Origin: a virus
Virus record (IMG/VR): IMGVR_UViG_3300024239_000016
Span: 32,001-96,000 of that record
Direction: 5' to 3' (one strand)
DNA: 64,000 bases
The stretch's first letter is position 1; every line of letters begins with the position of its first letter. A program made the translations under genes and the position numbers. This document shows positions 48,520 to 58,513 of the stretch, in pieces. The notes under the pieces were generated by a model. The model was not told where the DNA came from and ran no database searches. It saw only the letters and a program-made list of their open reading frames with translations.

Positions 48520-49800
48520 ATGCCTTATTACACCTCAGAAGGTAAGATCAGCCTGATTCCGTCATCGGCTGAAATCGCCAGCAAATTAAAAGTTGGCACC
48601 TACACTGTCGTGCAAGATCGAGATAATAAAACCTACTATCTCGAAATAACAGCAGATATGGAAAACTCCGAAGGTCTCTTCGGCCTGAAGGAACGAGCCG
48701 AACGAGTCGTGAGGACATTCCTCGATCGCAAGCGCAGCACTGGCGTTCTTGCAAAAGGACCGCAAGGTACCGGCAAGACTGAACTGGTGCGCTGTATTTC
48801 CTACACCTTGCGCCAAATGGGCATTCCGACCATTTTGGTCAATGGTTCGTTTCGTGGACCAGAGTTTATTCAGTTCATGACCGACATTACGGATATCTGT
48901 TTTGTTGTTTTTGATGAGTTCGAAAAGAATTTCTCGATGTCAGAACAAAATCAACTACTTACGCTCTTCTCCGGAGTAAGCAGTGGTAAGAAGTTGTTTC
49001 TGCTGACTGCCAATGACGGCAATGCCATCAGTAAGTACTTTAACAGCAGACCAGGGCGTTTGCTGTATTCGTTTACAATGACTGGTCTTTCGCCTGAAGA
49101 CATCCGTGCTTACAGCGAAAAGCACCTGAAGAATAAAGATCATCTGGAAGACCTGATAGCTTTTGCGCAAGCTAAGGTTGTTTTCACTGTCGATATGCTT
49201 GAGTCTGTGATCGAGGAAATGAACAGATACAACGAATCGATCGAGGATATCAAGGACTTCATCAATATCGCCGATATTGCGGATTACGCTTGCTATGTTG
49301 GTTTGTTGACTGATAAAGACGGGTTAGTCGTCTGTACTCAGTCTGTTTCTCTGAACTCAACTCCACCACAGCTGAGTAATCGCCAACTGAACTTCCGTGT
49401 TTTGGTAAACGAATACACGGATCACGAAGGTAAAGTAGTGCCGCTCGAGAAGCCGCAAGAAACCATGGAGCAGCACGTAATCAAGCAAAGCAATTTGCTC
49501 GCGCTCAATCGGCAAAACAAAACGTATGTGTATAGATCAACAAATGGCCGGATGATTGCTCTTCTGCAATCATCTTTGTTTGGGAGTAATGCTGATCCAG
49601 ATGACTGGCAATCACGAAACGTCATCTCCGATGATCAGCAAACGGAAATCTTTGAAACCATTCGCAATCACCCGTGGTACAACGATGAAAAATCAATCAC
49701 CACATCCGTTTCATCAGGCCTTGCGAAAGCTGTTACCGCAGCAATGGCCCCTAAAACAGATAGTACCAAGATGCTCACAGCGTCAATCACAGGGCTATGA
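48520..49800 (+). CDS. AAA+ ATPase
   Basis: Walker A GPQGTGKT, Walker B VVFDEFEK, sensor TAN, RPGR arginine finger. Confidence 0.9.
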   Translation: MPYYTSEGKISLIPSSAEIASKLKVGTYTVVQDRDNKTYYLEITADMENSEGLFGLKERAERVVRTFLDRKRSTGVLAKGPQGTGKTELVRCISYTLRQMGIPTILVNGSFRGPEFIQFMTDITDICFVVFDEFEKNFSMSEQNQLLTLFSGVSSGKKLFLLTANDGNAISKYFNSRPGRLLYSFTMTGLSPEDIRAYSEKHLKNKDHLEDLIAFAQAKVVFTVDMLESVIEEMNRYNESIEDIKDFINIADIADYACYVGLLTDKDGLVVCTQSVSLNSTPPQLSNRQLNFRVLVNEYTDHEGKVVPLEKPQETMEQHVIKQSNLLALNRQNKTYVYRSTNGRMIALLQSSLFGSNADPDDWQSRNVISDDQQTEIFETIRNHPWYNDEKSITTSVSSGLAKAVTAAMAPKTDSTKMLTASITGL

Positions 49801-49931
49801 GGTCGGTTATATCTGTGGATTTGCAAAAGGCATAAGTAGTGCCATAGTTTTCGTTAGTCTAATTCTGATTTTAATTTGAGATTACAGGTGGGGATCCCCA
49901 CCTGTAATCTCGTCTTTTATGGAGTAAGTGA

Positions 49932-50366
49932 ATGTCTGCTTCAATGTCGGCTGATGTTTGTATCCCGGTTGTGATCCGTATCGCTCGTATCAATGGTGGT
50001 CGCGATATGGTGCCTGCTGTACTCGCAATTCCGGAGGATGTGTTTGATGCAACCAATGAGAATCAGCGTCTCTTGTTGGTCTCCCAATACGCTTTTGATG
50101 ACATGAAAAAAGTCAATGACAATCAAAACAATAGCGGTACATTGATATCAGTCAGCGGCCCTGACAAGATCGAACGACTCTTTTTCATCGAATCGTTCAG
50201 TGATCACTTGGATAGCTCGACGGAAAAACTGGTACGCATGGTTGCCGCCACATCGCCCAAGCCCGTGACCGCTACTGGCTCTACGGCAAAGGTAATACGC
50301 CGCATGTTGCGCGACCAAGCAATCGAGCGCGTTGGAAAAGGAGAAATAAATAAATGCGCAGCTTAA
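49932..50366 (+). CDS. Hypothetical protein
   Basis: RBS GGAG, 144 aa. Confidence 0.7.
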   Translation: MSASMSADVCIPVVIRIARINGGRDMVPAVLAIPEDVFDATNENQRLLLVSQYAFDDMKKVNDNQNNSGTLISVSGPDKIERLFFIESFSDHLDSSTEKLVRMVAATSPKPVTATGSTAKVIRRMLRDQAIERVGKGEINKCAA

Positions 50367-51130
50367 TCACTTTACTTAAGTGGCGAGCTTTAGGTGGGAT
50401 CCCAACTTTCCTTGTCATCGAAGGATTGGACGGATCTGGTAAATCTACACTCTGTAAGCAAATAGCTTGCGAGCTGCTAGACCCTGAGATGGACATACCG
50501 ACAATCATGTTACGCGAACCAGGCGGAACTACTGGCGGTGAGATACTTCGTAGACTGATTATGGAGAATCCCCTCAATCAGTCCACTACGGCATTAGCTA
50601 TGACGCTTTCGCGTGCTCTGTTAAACTCAGAGGTAATTCTTCCTGTCATGAGAGCCGACTACACCGGTAAAACAGCTCCAGTGATCATTTGTGATCGGTA
50701 CATTCGTTCTACTTTTGCTTACCAAATAGCAAATGACGATTCGCAAATTGCTGACGCCAATCGCAAGATGGTGAGCCGGTTACACGATCATTATGTCTCG
50801 GCTAAGGAAATGGCGCTACCGGATTTCGAGATCGTTTTAGACGTAGATTTCAGCACGTCTATACGCAGGTTAAGCTTTCGCAACTCTGCTGAGATTAACC
50901 GGCTAGATATTGTGATCGAAACAGACGATAAGAGCCAATACGAGGAAAAAAGAAAGCTATTTGAAGCTCGTCGCGCTGCCATGATCGGCGATTACGAAAT
51001 ATGGCTTAAACAAGTCAGGGATAAATGCCCTGCTACTCTCGCTAAGGAAAAGCATTCGTACTTTAACGCGAGTACAGAGTTCTCCGATCTACTTAGAATG
51101 ATAGATTTTCATTTCTTGCAGTTTCTGTAA
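50354..51130 (+). CDS. tmk: Thymidylate (dTMP) kinase
   Basis: IEGLDGSGKST, REPGGT, CDRY..S..AYQ and PD motifs. Confidence 0.92.
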   Translation: MRSLITLLKWRALGGIPTFLVIEGLDGSGKSTLCKQIACELLDPEMDIPTIMLREPGGTTGGEILRRLIMENPLNQSTTALAMTLSRALLNSEVILPVMRADYTGKTAPVIICDRYIRSTFAYQIANDDSQIADANRKMVSRLHDHYVSAKEMALPDFEIVLDVDFSTSIRRLSFRNSAEINRLDIVIETDDKSQYEEKRKLFEARRAAMIGDYEIWLKQVRDKCPATLAKEKHSYFNASTEFSDLLRMIDFHFLQFL

Positions 51131-51193
51131 TTGAGTGAGCGGTAAATTCAAGAGCCTACCCAGGCTCTTTTTTTTTAATTCAAGGAGAATATC

Positions 51194-51955
51194 GTGGCTC
51201 TATTGAAATTAGGTTCCAAAGGTTTTGAAGTTGGTGCAGTTCAAGGCGCGCTTGGCTTGCCTGTAACAAACGTCTATGACAAACCAACCATGGAGAAAGT
51301 GCGCGAGTTCCAAGCCAAATCTGGTCTTCTGAATGATGGCATCTTCGGGCCAACGACCCGTAACCAATTGTTTGGTATGACCAAAAACGTCATTACCGAA
51401 CAAGCCTATACAGAGTGCGCAAAACGCCTTGATGTAGAGCCAGCAATTCTGAAAGCGTTCGCCACTGTCGAGTCCCGCGGTGATGGATTCCTGACTGACG
51501 GACGAGCAAAGATTCTGTATGAGCGCCATTGGGCCTACAAGCTCCTCGAACAAAAGGGCATGGATGTTGAGAACATGCAGCTTCTCATTCCTCGGCTGGT
51601 GAATAAAACACCGGGCGATTACCTGGATGGTGCCGGCTCGTGGGAAAAATTCGAGATCATGGAAATGATCGATATGGACGTCGCGATCCAGTGCTGCTCG
51701 TGGGGTACCTTCCAGATCATGGGCTTTCACTGGAAAGAGCAAGAGTGCAGTTCACCGCTTGAGTTCATGCAGAAAGCGATGACTAACTCTACAGCTCATC
51801 TTGAAATGTTAGCTGAGTTTATCCGCGACAATGCCAAGTTACACAAGGCTATCCGTGAAAAGAACTTCTTGTTAATGGCGCAAATCTACAATGGTCCAAA
51901 TCAAAAGGGCTACGACAAAGCCATGGCCGAGGCTTTCTCTCGTTACTCAAAGTAA
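51194..51955 (+). CDS. Modular endolysin: peptidoglycan-binding domain plus DUF3380-type N-acetylmuramidase
   Basis: L..GS.G..V..VQ...FQ...GL..DGIFGP.T; VESRG.GF, KILYERH, SWG.FQIMGFHW and YNGP motifs. Confidence 0.92.
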   Translation: MALLKLGSKGFEVGAVQGALGLPVTNVYDKPTMEKVREFQAKSGLLNDGIFGPTTRNQLFGMTKNVITEQAYTECAKRLDVEPAILKAFATVESRGDGFLTDGRAKILYERHWAYKLLEQKGMDVENMQLLIPRLVNKTPGDYLDGAGSWEKFEIMEMIDMDVAIQCCSWGTFQIMGFHWKEQECSSPLEFMQKAMTNSTAHLEMLAEFIRDNAKLHKAIREKNFLLMAQIYNGPNQKGYDKAMAEAFSRYSK

Positions 51956-51984
51956 ACAATTTTTTAACGATATATTACTGTAAT

Positions 51985-52320
51985 GAGCATAGTCGTAAGT
52001 GTCCTACTCACTTCCTATGTTCCACTCCGTTCTGACTAGCGCAAGATGGTTAGAATGCGAGTCGTTTGTTTGGTGGTAGTCGATGCACCCGGAGCCTGCT
52101 TCTTAACCGCAGGTACTGGCTCTCTCGATGCGGACCCACTAAGCAAATTAACGCCGTCCAAATGCAACACCGGTGTAAGCGTTTGGATGTGCTGCTGAGA
52201 GCGCAGCTGTTAGCCCAACTGGGCTAACAGATGTCTTTTCATCAATCTCTTAATACAGGCGTTAAGAGACGTAGGGAGTTCTGGTGAGCAGCCTGATCGC
52301 CAAAATACTTTTCAATCAAG
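51985..52320 (+). promoter_or_regulatory. Long structured 5' leader or ncRNA after a TATATTAC promoter
   Basis: Closing helix 52011-20/52269-78 enclosing several hairpins, including CTGTTAGCCC-AACT-GGGCTAACAG. Confidence 0.6.
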
Positions 52321-52332
52321 AGGAAACAACTC

Positions 52333-52812
52333 ATGACCACCGTTACCGCCGAAGTCGATGTCAAAGGTCACAAGGACTCGACACAACTGATCATCACCAA
52401 AATCAACGACCTCAAGGGCATCGTGCTGGAATCCACCGGCTCATCCGTGATCGCCGATGGCGTTTTCGAAAAGACCCTGCCCGAAGGCATGACCGCCGAT
52501 ACCGTCGCCAGCGTCCTGTCGCACATCAATGACTTCAATGCCGCCGCCGCCGATGTCGCCACTTCCCAGGCCGTCCCGTTCATCGTCTCGAATCCCGAAT
52601 TCACTGCCGAACTCTCCGTTCCCCTGGTCAAGGGCAGCGCAATCAATCTGCTGATCGAAGGTACCAAGGAAACCTCGGATGGCAAGGGCGGGCGTCAAAC
52701 CGTTCATGGCAGCGTTGCCAGCAAGCTGACCGTTCGTGGTTGGAAGGCCGGCGGCTTCGGTATCGTCAAGTCCCAGTTCCGTGCGGCTTGCACTGCCGGT
52801 CTGAACAAGTAA
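52333..52812 (+). CDS. Hypothetical protein, probably highly expressed
   Basis: Strong C-ending codon bias unlike neighbouring genes, RBS GAGGA, terminator hairpin after. Confidence 0.85.
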   Translation: MTTVTAEVDVKGHKDSTQLIITKINDLKGIVLESTGSSVIADGVFEKTLPEGMTADTVASVLSHINDFNAAAADVATSQAVPFIVSNPEFTAELSVPLVKGSAINLLIEGTKETSDGKGGRQTVHGSVASKLTVRGWKAGGFGIVKSQFRAACTAGLNK

Positions 52813-52902
52813 CAACAACCAGGCTTAAGTACTGACCTCCCCATATGGGGAGGTCAGTTACTACCTTGTATGTTGTGATTAGTCTTTTTTTTTAAGGGGA
52901 GC

Positions 52903-53268
52903 ATGATGAACAATCTGTCGCCGGAGAAAGCTAGGCTTAGCAAGCTACTCAGAGCTCGCTTACGCGCACGATCGCGGTTAGTTGAGATGCTCCTATTAGA
53001 CGGAGCTGAAAACGAACCTGTGTCGATTATAGCATAGCTGCAAGCACTAATAGCTGAGATCAATTTCTTTCAGATTCAGATATTCGAATTAAATCAAGAA
53101 ACATCCGATGAGCTATCCAAACAAGCTGGCCATCATCTTTATGTAGAGCTATCTACATCTGGTCTAAGTAGAGGCACTGACGATATTTTAAAGTTGTCTC
53201 AAGCTATGCGCGCTAGTAAAACATCATCGCTCATATGTCAGGTAGAGCCGATCAGGAGAGTTAAATGA
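52903..53268 (+). pseudogene. ORF interrupted by one in-frame TAG (53035-53037)
   Basis: RBS GGGGAG plus ATG; the frame continues for 76 codons after the TAG to a TGA overlapping the next ATG. Confidence 0.55.
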
Positions 53269-54476
53269 ATTCAATCAAAGAGGTATTTGATACGCTTTGC
53301 GGCGACCTCAAAATCGATACCCGCCTTATGAATCTAATCAAAGCCTTTCGCATTGGCTTTGTAAATAAGAACAGCGACCACATTGACTTCTTCGGTGGAC
53401 ATCTGACAGGAGTCCACTCGATCAAGTTTACCAATGCGGACTACTTCCGCTGGTTTACCGAGATTGTGCAAGTGGATGAAGCTGAGTTAAAGGCAGCCTT
53501 ACATAGTCTCCCGACTATTGATAAGACACGTAAGGTTTCGTCAAATCCACTTTACCTATCATGTCTGTGGCTTGCTCATAAATTCCATAATTCGCCACTT
53601 TTAAAAGAAGACAAGAAACACGAAGCAATCGTAGAAACTTTCTTAGTGATGAATTTCCGTTTCATCACGCAGCTGCATAGAAAATATTTTCCTTTTCCAG
53701 CTAGGCGCGAAGTAGCTGAAGCAGCCCACGCTGAACTCTCGATGAAGTTTCGTTTGAAAGCCGATGGCAACTGGCTAAATTCTCTTGAAATTCGCTCTAC
53801 TCACATCTATGAGAAATACAGCGACGTAATCGCTAAATTCAACGATGATAAGAAAATTACAGATTGCCTAAGTGATGCTCAAGGTCGTATTAATAATCGC
53901 CTCAAGAACATTACTGGTGTATTCCGAGATATTCACCGCGCTGGTAAGACAATGAGATCCGTGTCTGATACAGTCGGTTTCGATGGCGCTAATATACTTC
54001 GCGATAAGGTGAATAGCGTCACGCTGTATAAACAGTATATCTTGTCAGCTCTCATCGATGAGCGTACATTTATCAAGGAAGAAATTCTGGACGTAGTGAT
54101 GCGTATTCTGCCCGCTGTCCCAGAGAAACATTTCCGTACAACTCTTATCTGGATGGTAAAGAATTTTGGTAATGCTAAAAGTGGCATTATCGAAACCGTT
54201 GTAGATGAGCTGCTGACTCACTCGTTTACGTATCTGTCAAAGAACAAATCCTTAGTGACAGGGTCTGTTGATTTGGTCTCCCTGCTTTCGAATCTACGAG
54301 GTATCTATACGTCATCCAGAACGAAAGAAGATGCTCTTATTAAGTTACGCGATGACATCGAAGGAATTGTAGAGACCGCTACTGGTATCCATAATCGTAA
54401 CAACTTAGCTGCAATTCGTACAGCGGTTATGTTGTATATCGTTACACGAGCCTACACTCGTAACCACTATGCATAA
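53265..54476 (+). CDS. Conserved phiKZ-like virion protein (gp32-like position)
   Basis: 403 aa, FFGG.L.GV motif; convergent with the sheath/tube operon. Confidence 0.65.
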   Translation: MNSIKEVFDTLCGDLKIDTRLMNLIKAFRIGFVNKNSDHIDFFGGHLTGVHSIKFTNADYFRWFTEIVQVDEAELKAALHSLPTIDKTRKVSSNPLYLSCLWLAHKFHNSPLLKEDKKHEAIVETFLVMNFRFITQLHRKYFPFPARREVAEAAHAELSMKFRLKADGNWLNSLEIRSTHIYEKYSDVIAKFNDDKKITDCLSDAQGRINNRLKNITGVFRDIHRAGKTMRSVSDTVGFDGANILRDKVNSVTLYKQYILSALIDERTFIKEEILDVVMRILPAVPEKHFRTTLIWMVKNFGNAKSGIIETVVDELLTHSFTYLSKNKSLVTGSVDLVSLLSNLRGIYTSSRTKEDALIKLRDDIEGIVETATGIHNRNNLAAIRTAVMLYIVTRAYTRNHYA

Positions 54477-54485
54477 GGCATAATA

Positions 54486-54514
54486 ATACAGCCCGCCATT
54501 GGCGGGCTGTATTA
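54486..54514. terminator. Bidirectional terminator between convergent genes
   Basis: TAATACAGCCCGCC-ATT-GGCGGGCTGTATTA (ends approximate). Confidence 0.75.
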
Positions 54515-54526
54515 GAATTTATGACG

Positions 54527-55057
54527 TTATTTCTTGAATATATCAACCGGGCTGTTGACCACGGTACCACCTTTGCTAACAACAAAGGCTTCCATTGAAT
54601 CGATCATCCGCGATTTGGTCATGTGCTCACCAATAGCCAATTCACGCACACCGCCATCAGCGTTTGCATCATTCACCATCACGTAGCGGACAGCTTCCTT
54701 GTCGTTTTCAAACTCATCGACATTGGCGACTAAATCATCCATGCTACTTGGTGTAACAAGATCCAGACGAGTAGCCCAGACATACGTTTTTGGTACCTCT
54801 GTGGTGTACTCGATCGAGTTTTCCGACAGAGCACCAATCAGCTGTTTGGCCAGATGTGAATCATTGGCTTGGGATTCGGTAGACGGAGCGCCCATCTTGC
54901 TCTCCCCTGTAACAGGATCATCGACCGCATAGATTTGGTTTAGTGCCTGAGTATAAATCTCGGACAATGGACCATTCACGACGATTGGTTTTTCCTGTTC
55001 TGGCGGAGGAGAAGTATTAGGTAAACCAGCACTAACAATTTTGCTAAATATCCGCAT
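54527..55057 (-). CDS. Conserved phiKZ-like protein (gp31-like position)
   Basis: GPLSEIYTQALN motif, S-x-E sites; downstream of the tail tube gene. Confidence 0.6.
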   Translation of the reverse strand: MRIFSKIVSAGLPNTSPPPEQEKPIVVNGPLSEIYTQALNQIYAVDDPVTGESKMGAPSTESQANDSHLAKQLIGALSENSIEYTTEVPKTYVWATRLDLVTPSSMDDLVANVDEFENDKEAVRYVMVNDANADGGVRELAIGEHMTKSRMIDSMEAFVVSKGGTVVNSPVDIFKK

Positions 55058-55207
55058 TTTGTTTCCAATCTCAGTATCAAAAAAGAAGTCCCATGTACTC
55101 CATAGCTACCAGCAGGGAGGGGCTCGTATTTTTCTCGCTATCTCATACATGGGACCTAGAAAAAAGGCCGTTATCCGCTTAGGCCTTTAAGGAGATACTG
55201 AAACCTA

Positions 55208-56074
55208 TCAGACTTGCTGGTTGACCAGAGACTGAACGTTGTTACGCAGGCCGACATCAAGAGCATCGATGTTAGCTGCGATGCCAGTCATACCGGCAGC
55301 GCGACGTGCAGGATTGGCACCGACGATCGAAATGGTGTCCATGACCTGCTTCGCAAGTTGCTTGACGCCACTGCTAACCTGCTGAGTCATCGTGAACGGA
55401 ATATCGTAAACGATCTGCTCAAGACCATTGGTGATCTCACGACGGCCAATGATTTCGCCAGATGTCTTCGGCGTGATGTTGAAACCAAGCCAGGCTTCGA
55501 CCGGGTACTTATTGGTCGGATCGGGTTCGTACGCCAAGATCGTAGCAGCGTAGTTGTCCATCAGCGTGTCATCGACATCCAGGCCTGCGGTGGTGATGAG
55601 CGGAGCACCGAAGTCAGGATCCATCAAGCAGTACTGAGTCCAGAACTTGTTGAATTCCACGATCGGCTTGCCGTAGCGTTCAGGAATACGAAGAACCGGA
55701 TTGGAACGCTGACGAGTCGAATGACTGACCTGCTCAATGACTTCACCAGAACGGCCATACGGAGTTGACTCGTGTTCGAGATCAATCGTTTGGTTGAAGC
55801 CATCAATAGACAGCGGCAGGAGTTCGAACATTGCTTTCAGGACACCGTAGTAGTACTTCGGATTGTCCGTCTTCTTGAAGAACTCAGGTCCCTTCAAAAC
55901 AATGACGTTCAGATTACGGCGCAGATGCAACTGAGAAGAGCACAGCTCGACATATGACGTAGCTTGACCCATCTGACCACCACGGCGAGGATCCAGCATG
56001 GGTGCCAAGCGACCACCATCCCAGCCGTTTCCTTGACCATGATGCATGAGCGCATCGGTTAGGCGAGTTACCAT
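55208..56074 (-). CDS. Tail tube protein (phiKZ gp30-like)
   Basis: 288 aa directly after the sheath gene; GGQMG, ERYG.P and EPDP motifs. Confidence 0.8.
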   Translation of the reverse strand: MVTRLTDALMHHGQGNGWDGGRLAPMLDPRRGGQMGQATSYVELCSSQLHLRRNLNVIVLKGPEFFKKTDNPKYYYGVLKAMFELLPLSIDGFNQTIDLEHESTPYGRSGEVIEQVSHSTRQRSNPVLRIPERYGKPIVEFNKFWTQYCLMDPDFGAPLITTAGLDVDDTLMDNYAATILAYEPDPTNKYPVEAWLGFNITPKTSGEIIGRREITNGLEQIVYDIPFTMTQQVSSGVKQLAKQVMDTISIVGANPARRAAGMTGIAANIDALDVGLRNNVQSLVNQQV

Positions 56075-56145
56075 TTTATAAAATCTCCAAAACGGATTAA
56101 GTTAATAGGGAGAGCTTTCACTCTCCCTACCAAGCGGGGATGGAA

Positions 56146-58245
56146 TTAGTTCGAGCGACGTACCGCGCGAACATCCAGAGTCATGACGGTCCGTGCAGGA
56201 TCGCCAGCAACAATCACCTGATTATGCCATGCATAACCAAGCAACCTGTCACGACCTTCGATGTTGGTTACAACTGAAGTATCGAAGATGCCGGCAAACT
56301 TGCGGTCCAGCAAACGCTCGTATTCCTTGGTCACTTCTTCCTTGAATTCGTCTGCAGTGAGTGTCACATTACCAGAGTAGGTAGCATGAACTCGAGCGCC
56401 GAGGTACTGAACTTCGGCACAGGCAAACGCCGCAAAGACGGAATTGAGGATGGAGGTATCGTCCGGATAGACGGTTTGCAGAGACGGCATGTACAGGCTA
56501 CCGGCCTGATCCCATGCAGCGACCCAGTTCATGCCGTTGTTCCAATCAACAGCTTGGGCGCTACCTGGCACGAACGTAGCGTTCACATCAGTAAACAGCT
56601 TGATCATGTTGCGCGGATTGCGATCCGGAATGAACTCAGACTTCCAGCGACCATTACCAGCGCCCATCATCTGGGAGAACCAGTCCGCAACTTCAACGAT
56701 GAGCGGAAGCTCGCCCTTGAAGACACTGTCGATCTTGGTACCGTGACGACCGATGATGAAGCAGCGGTTCGTTGAAGTACCGTGGAAGGTTGATTCAGGA
56801 TACAGGCGAGCCAAGCTCTGAAGAACAAGAGCGCGCGATGATTCCTGAGATGCAGTCAGCCGAGGCTCACCAACCGTGTATGTCGTCAGACCAAGGACCA
56901 GGTCCTTTCGCGAGCCGATGAACGGAATGAGCTTCTTCTTGTTATCCATCGTGAACCCGGTGTCGTAGAAGACACGAACCGGATACTTCAGGACTTCGGA
57001 GTACGGATGATTGGGATTGGCCCAGTTAGCAATTTCGCTAACCACAGCAGCTTCGTAGTTTTCCTGATTCATCTGACCATCAGAACCACCGACCATGTAA
57101 TGCTGAGATTCTTTCACCAGCAAAATGGAATCGGCATCTTCGGTATTGATCTGTACGGTCAAGTACGGAGCACCAGACAGGCTGCGACCACTGATCATGT
57201 TCATCAGGTACGGCTTATCGGCTTTGCCAATCAGCTCCTCAGCAAAATGCTGATCGGACGACTGAGCTTGCTCAGCGGCCATCAATAGGCCCAGGATGGT
57301 GCGAACATTGTCGTCGTAGACATAGAAGTCTTCGAACTGACCATAGATCGGCGCCTCACCAGTTGTTTGAACCGGTTTGAACATTTTGAGGAAATCCTCA
57401 CCGACGTAAACGTCCTGCTCAACACGACTGTTGTAGGAACCAGGCTTGAGAGTTAGCTCCAGCGAGTCTTCATTCCAGTTGGTCTTGACGTTCTTGCCAG
57501 TGGAATTGGCTGTTTCGCGGTAGAACTGAGCGATACGGAACGGGAAAGCCTCTGCCTTCGGGTCGCTCAGGAGAGCAACGTCAGGAGTCAGCTCATCCAT
57601 CTCGGTGTTTGCCCAGATGGAAATACCACGCGAGTTGCCATCTTCGCCCGGATCAGGCGGCAGGATGTCGAAAATCGGATAACGACGCGACTGCAGAGTC
57701 TCGCCATTTTGATCGATAGCCTGATTGCCATTGGACTGAGCCATACGACGGAAAGTCGTTAGGTTATTGCTATCCAGGGTGATCGGACCACTGACCCATT
57801 TCAGTTTGTAACCGGTACGAACAGCACCAGTCGGGATTTTTTCGCCCTGCTCAGTCAGAACAAAGAGACCTTGTTCATCGCGTTGAAATTGCGGAACATC
57901 AAACGGACCAAGCAGATCAACGCTGATGCGCAGCGAGGCCATTGCGGCGCCAGGTGCGAAGAGACGCTCGATTGCCATTGTGTTTGCGCGATGGGCAAAA
58001 ACAGCATACAGCGGAGTCGCATGAGTGGCATACTTGCCATTTTCATAAAACGACTCATCGCCGTAAACAAGATTGGCACGGTTCGGACTCATGAACTGCA
58101 AGCCACCCTTACCTTTCTTGGCGTATGTATAGATAACCGGCATGTGCTGCGGTCGCTCAGCTACAGCGACAGGAGCGGTCCGACCAGAGTCATCCTCGAC
58201 TCCACGCAGAATTAACCGCGGTGAAGCATTGTCGTAGAGGTTCAT
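56146..58245 (-). CDS. Tail sheath protein (phiKZ gp29-like)
   Basis: About 699 aa from ATG 58245 (RBS CAGGAG); G.EDDS, PQHMP, GGSDG, YDTGF, YPES..HGT and TVYPDDTSILNS motifs. Confidence 0.88.
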   Translation of the reverse strand: MNLYDNASPRLILRGVEDDSGRTAPVAVAERPQHMPVIYTYAKKGKGGLQFMSPNRANLVYGDESFYENGKYATHATPLYAVFAHRANTMAIERLFAPGAAMASLRISVDLLGPFDVPQFQRDEQGLFVLTEQGEKIPTGAVRTGYKLKWVSGPITLDSNNLTTFRRMAQSNGNQAIDQNGETLQSRRYPIFDILPPDPGEDGNSRGISIWANTEMDELTPDVALLSDPKAEAFPFRIAQFYRETANSTGKNVKTNWNEDSLELTLKPGSYNSRVEQDVYVGEDFLKMFKPVQTTGEAPIYGQFEDFYVYDDNVRTILGLLMAAEQAQSSDQHFAEELIGKADKPYLMNMISGRSLSGAPYLTVQINTEDADSILLVKESQHYMVGGSDGQMNQENYEAAVVSEIANWANPNHPYSEVLKYPVRVFYDTGFTMDNKKKLIPFIGSRKDLVLGLTTYTVGEPRLTASQESSRALVLQSLARLYPESTFHGTSTNRCFIIGRHGTKIDSVFKGELPLIVEVADWFSQMMGAGNGRWKSEFIPDRNPRNMIKLFTDVNATFVPGSAQAVDWNNGMNWVAAWDQAGSLYMPSLQTVYPDDTSILNSVFAAFACAEVQYLGARVHATYSGNVTLTADEFKEEVTKEYERLLDRKFAGIFDTSVVTNIEGRDRLLGYAWHNQVIVAGDPARTVMTLDVRAVRRSN

Positions 58246-58513
58246 TATTAAAATCTCCTGGATCAAAAGAAAACAATTAATCGACGTAGCATAAATGACT
58301 TAAGACGTCTAGCTAGGTCACATCCTAAATTACTAAGCTACAGCCCCAAAGAATTGTATGGTAAAGCGATGAAACTCCTTACAGGCTGCTCACCGATCAA
58401 TTGTTGATTACGATCATCAACTAACCTATATTACGGCTCGTTGAATGCTCATATCAGTTAGTTTGGAATGGCCTGATTAGGGTGATTTAAAAATTTAATT
58501 TTGGAGTCAAAAC

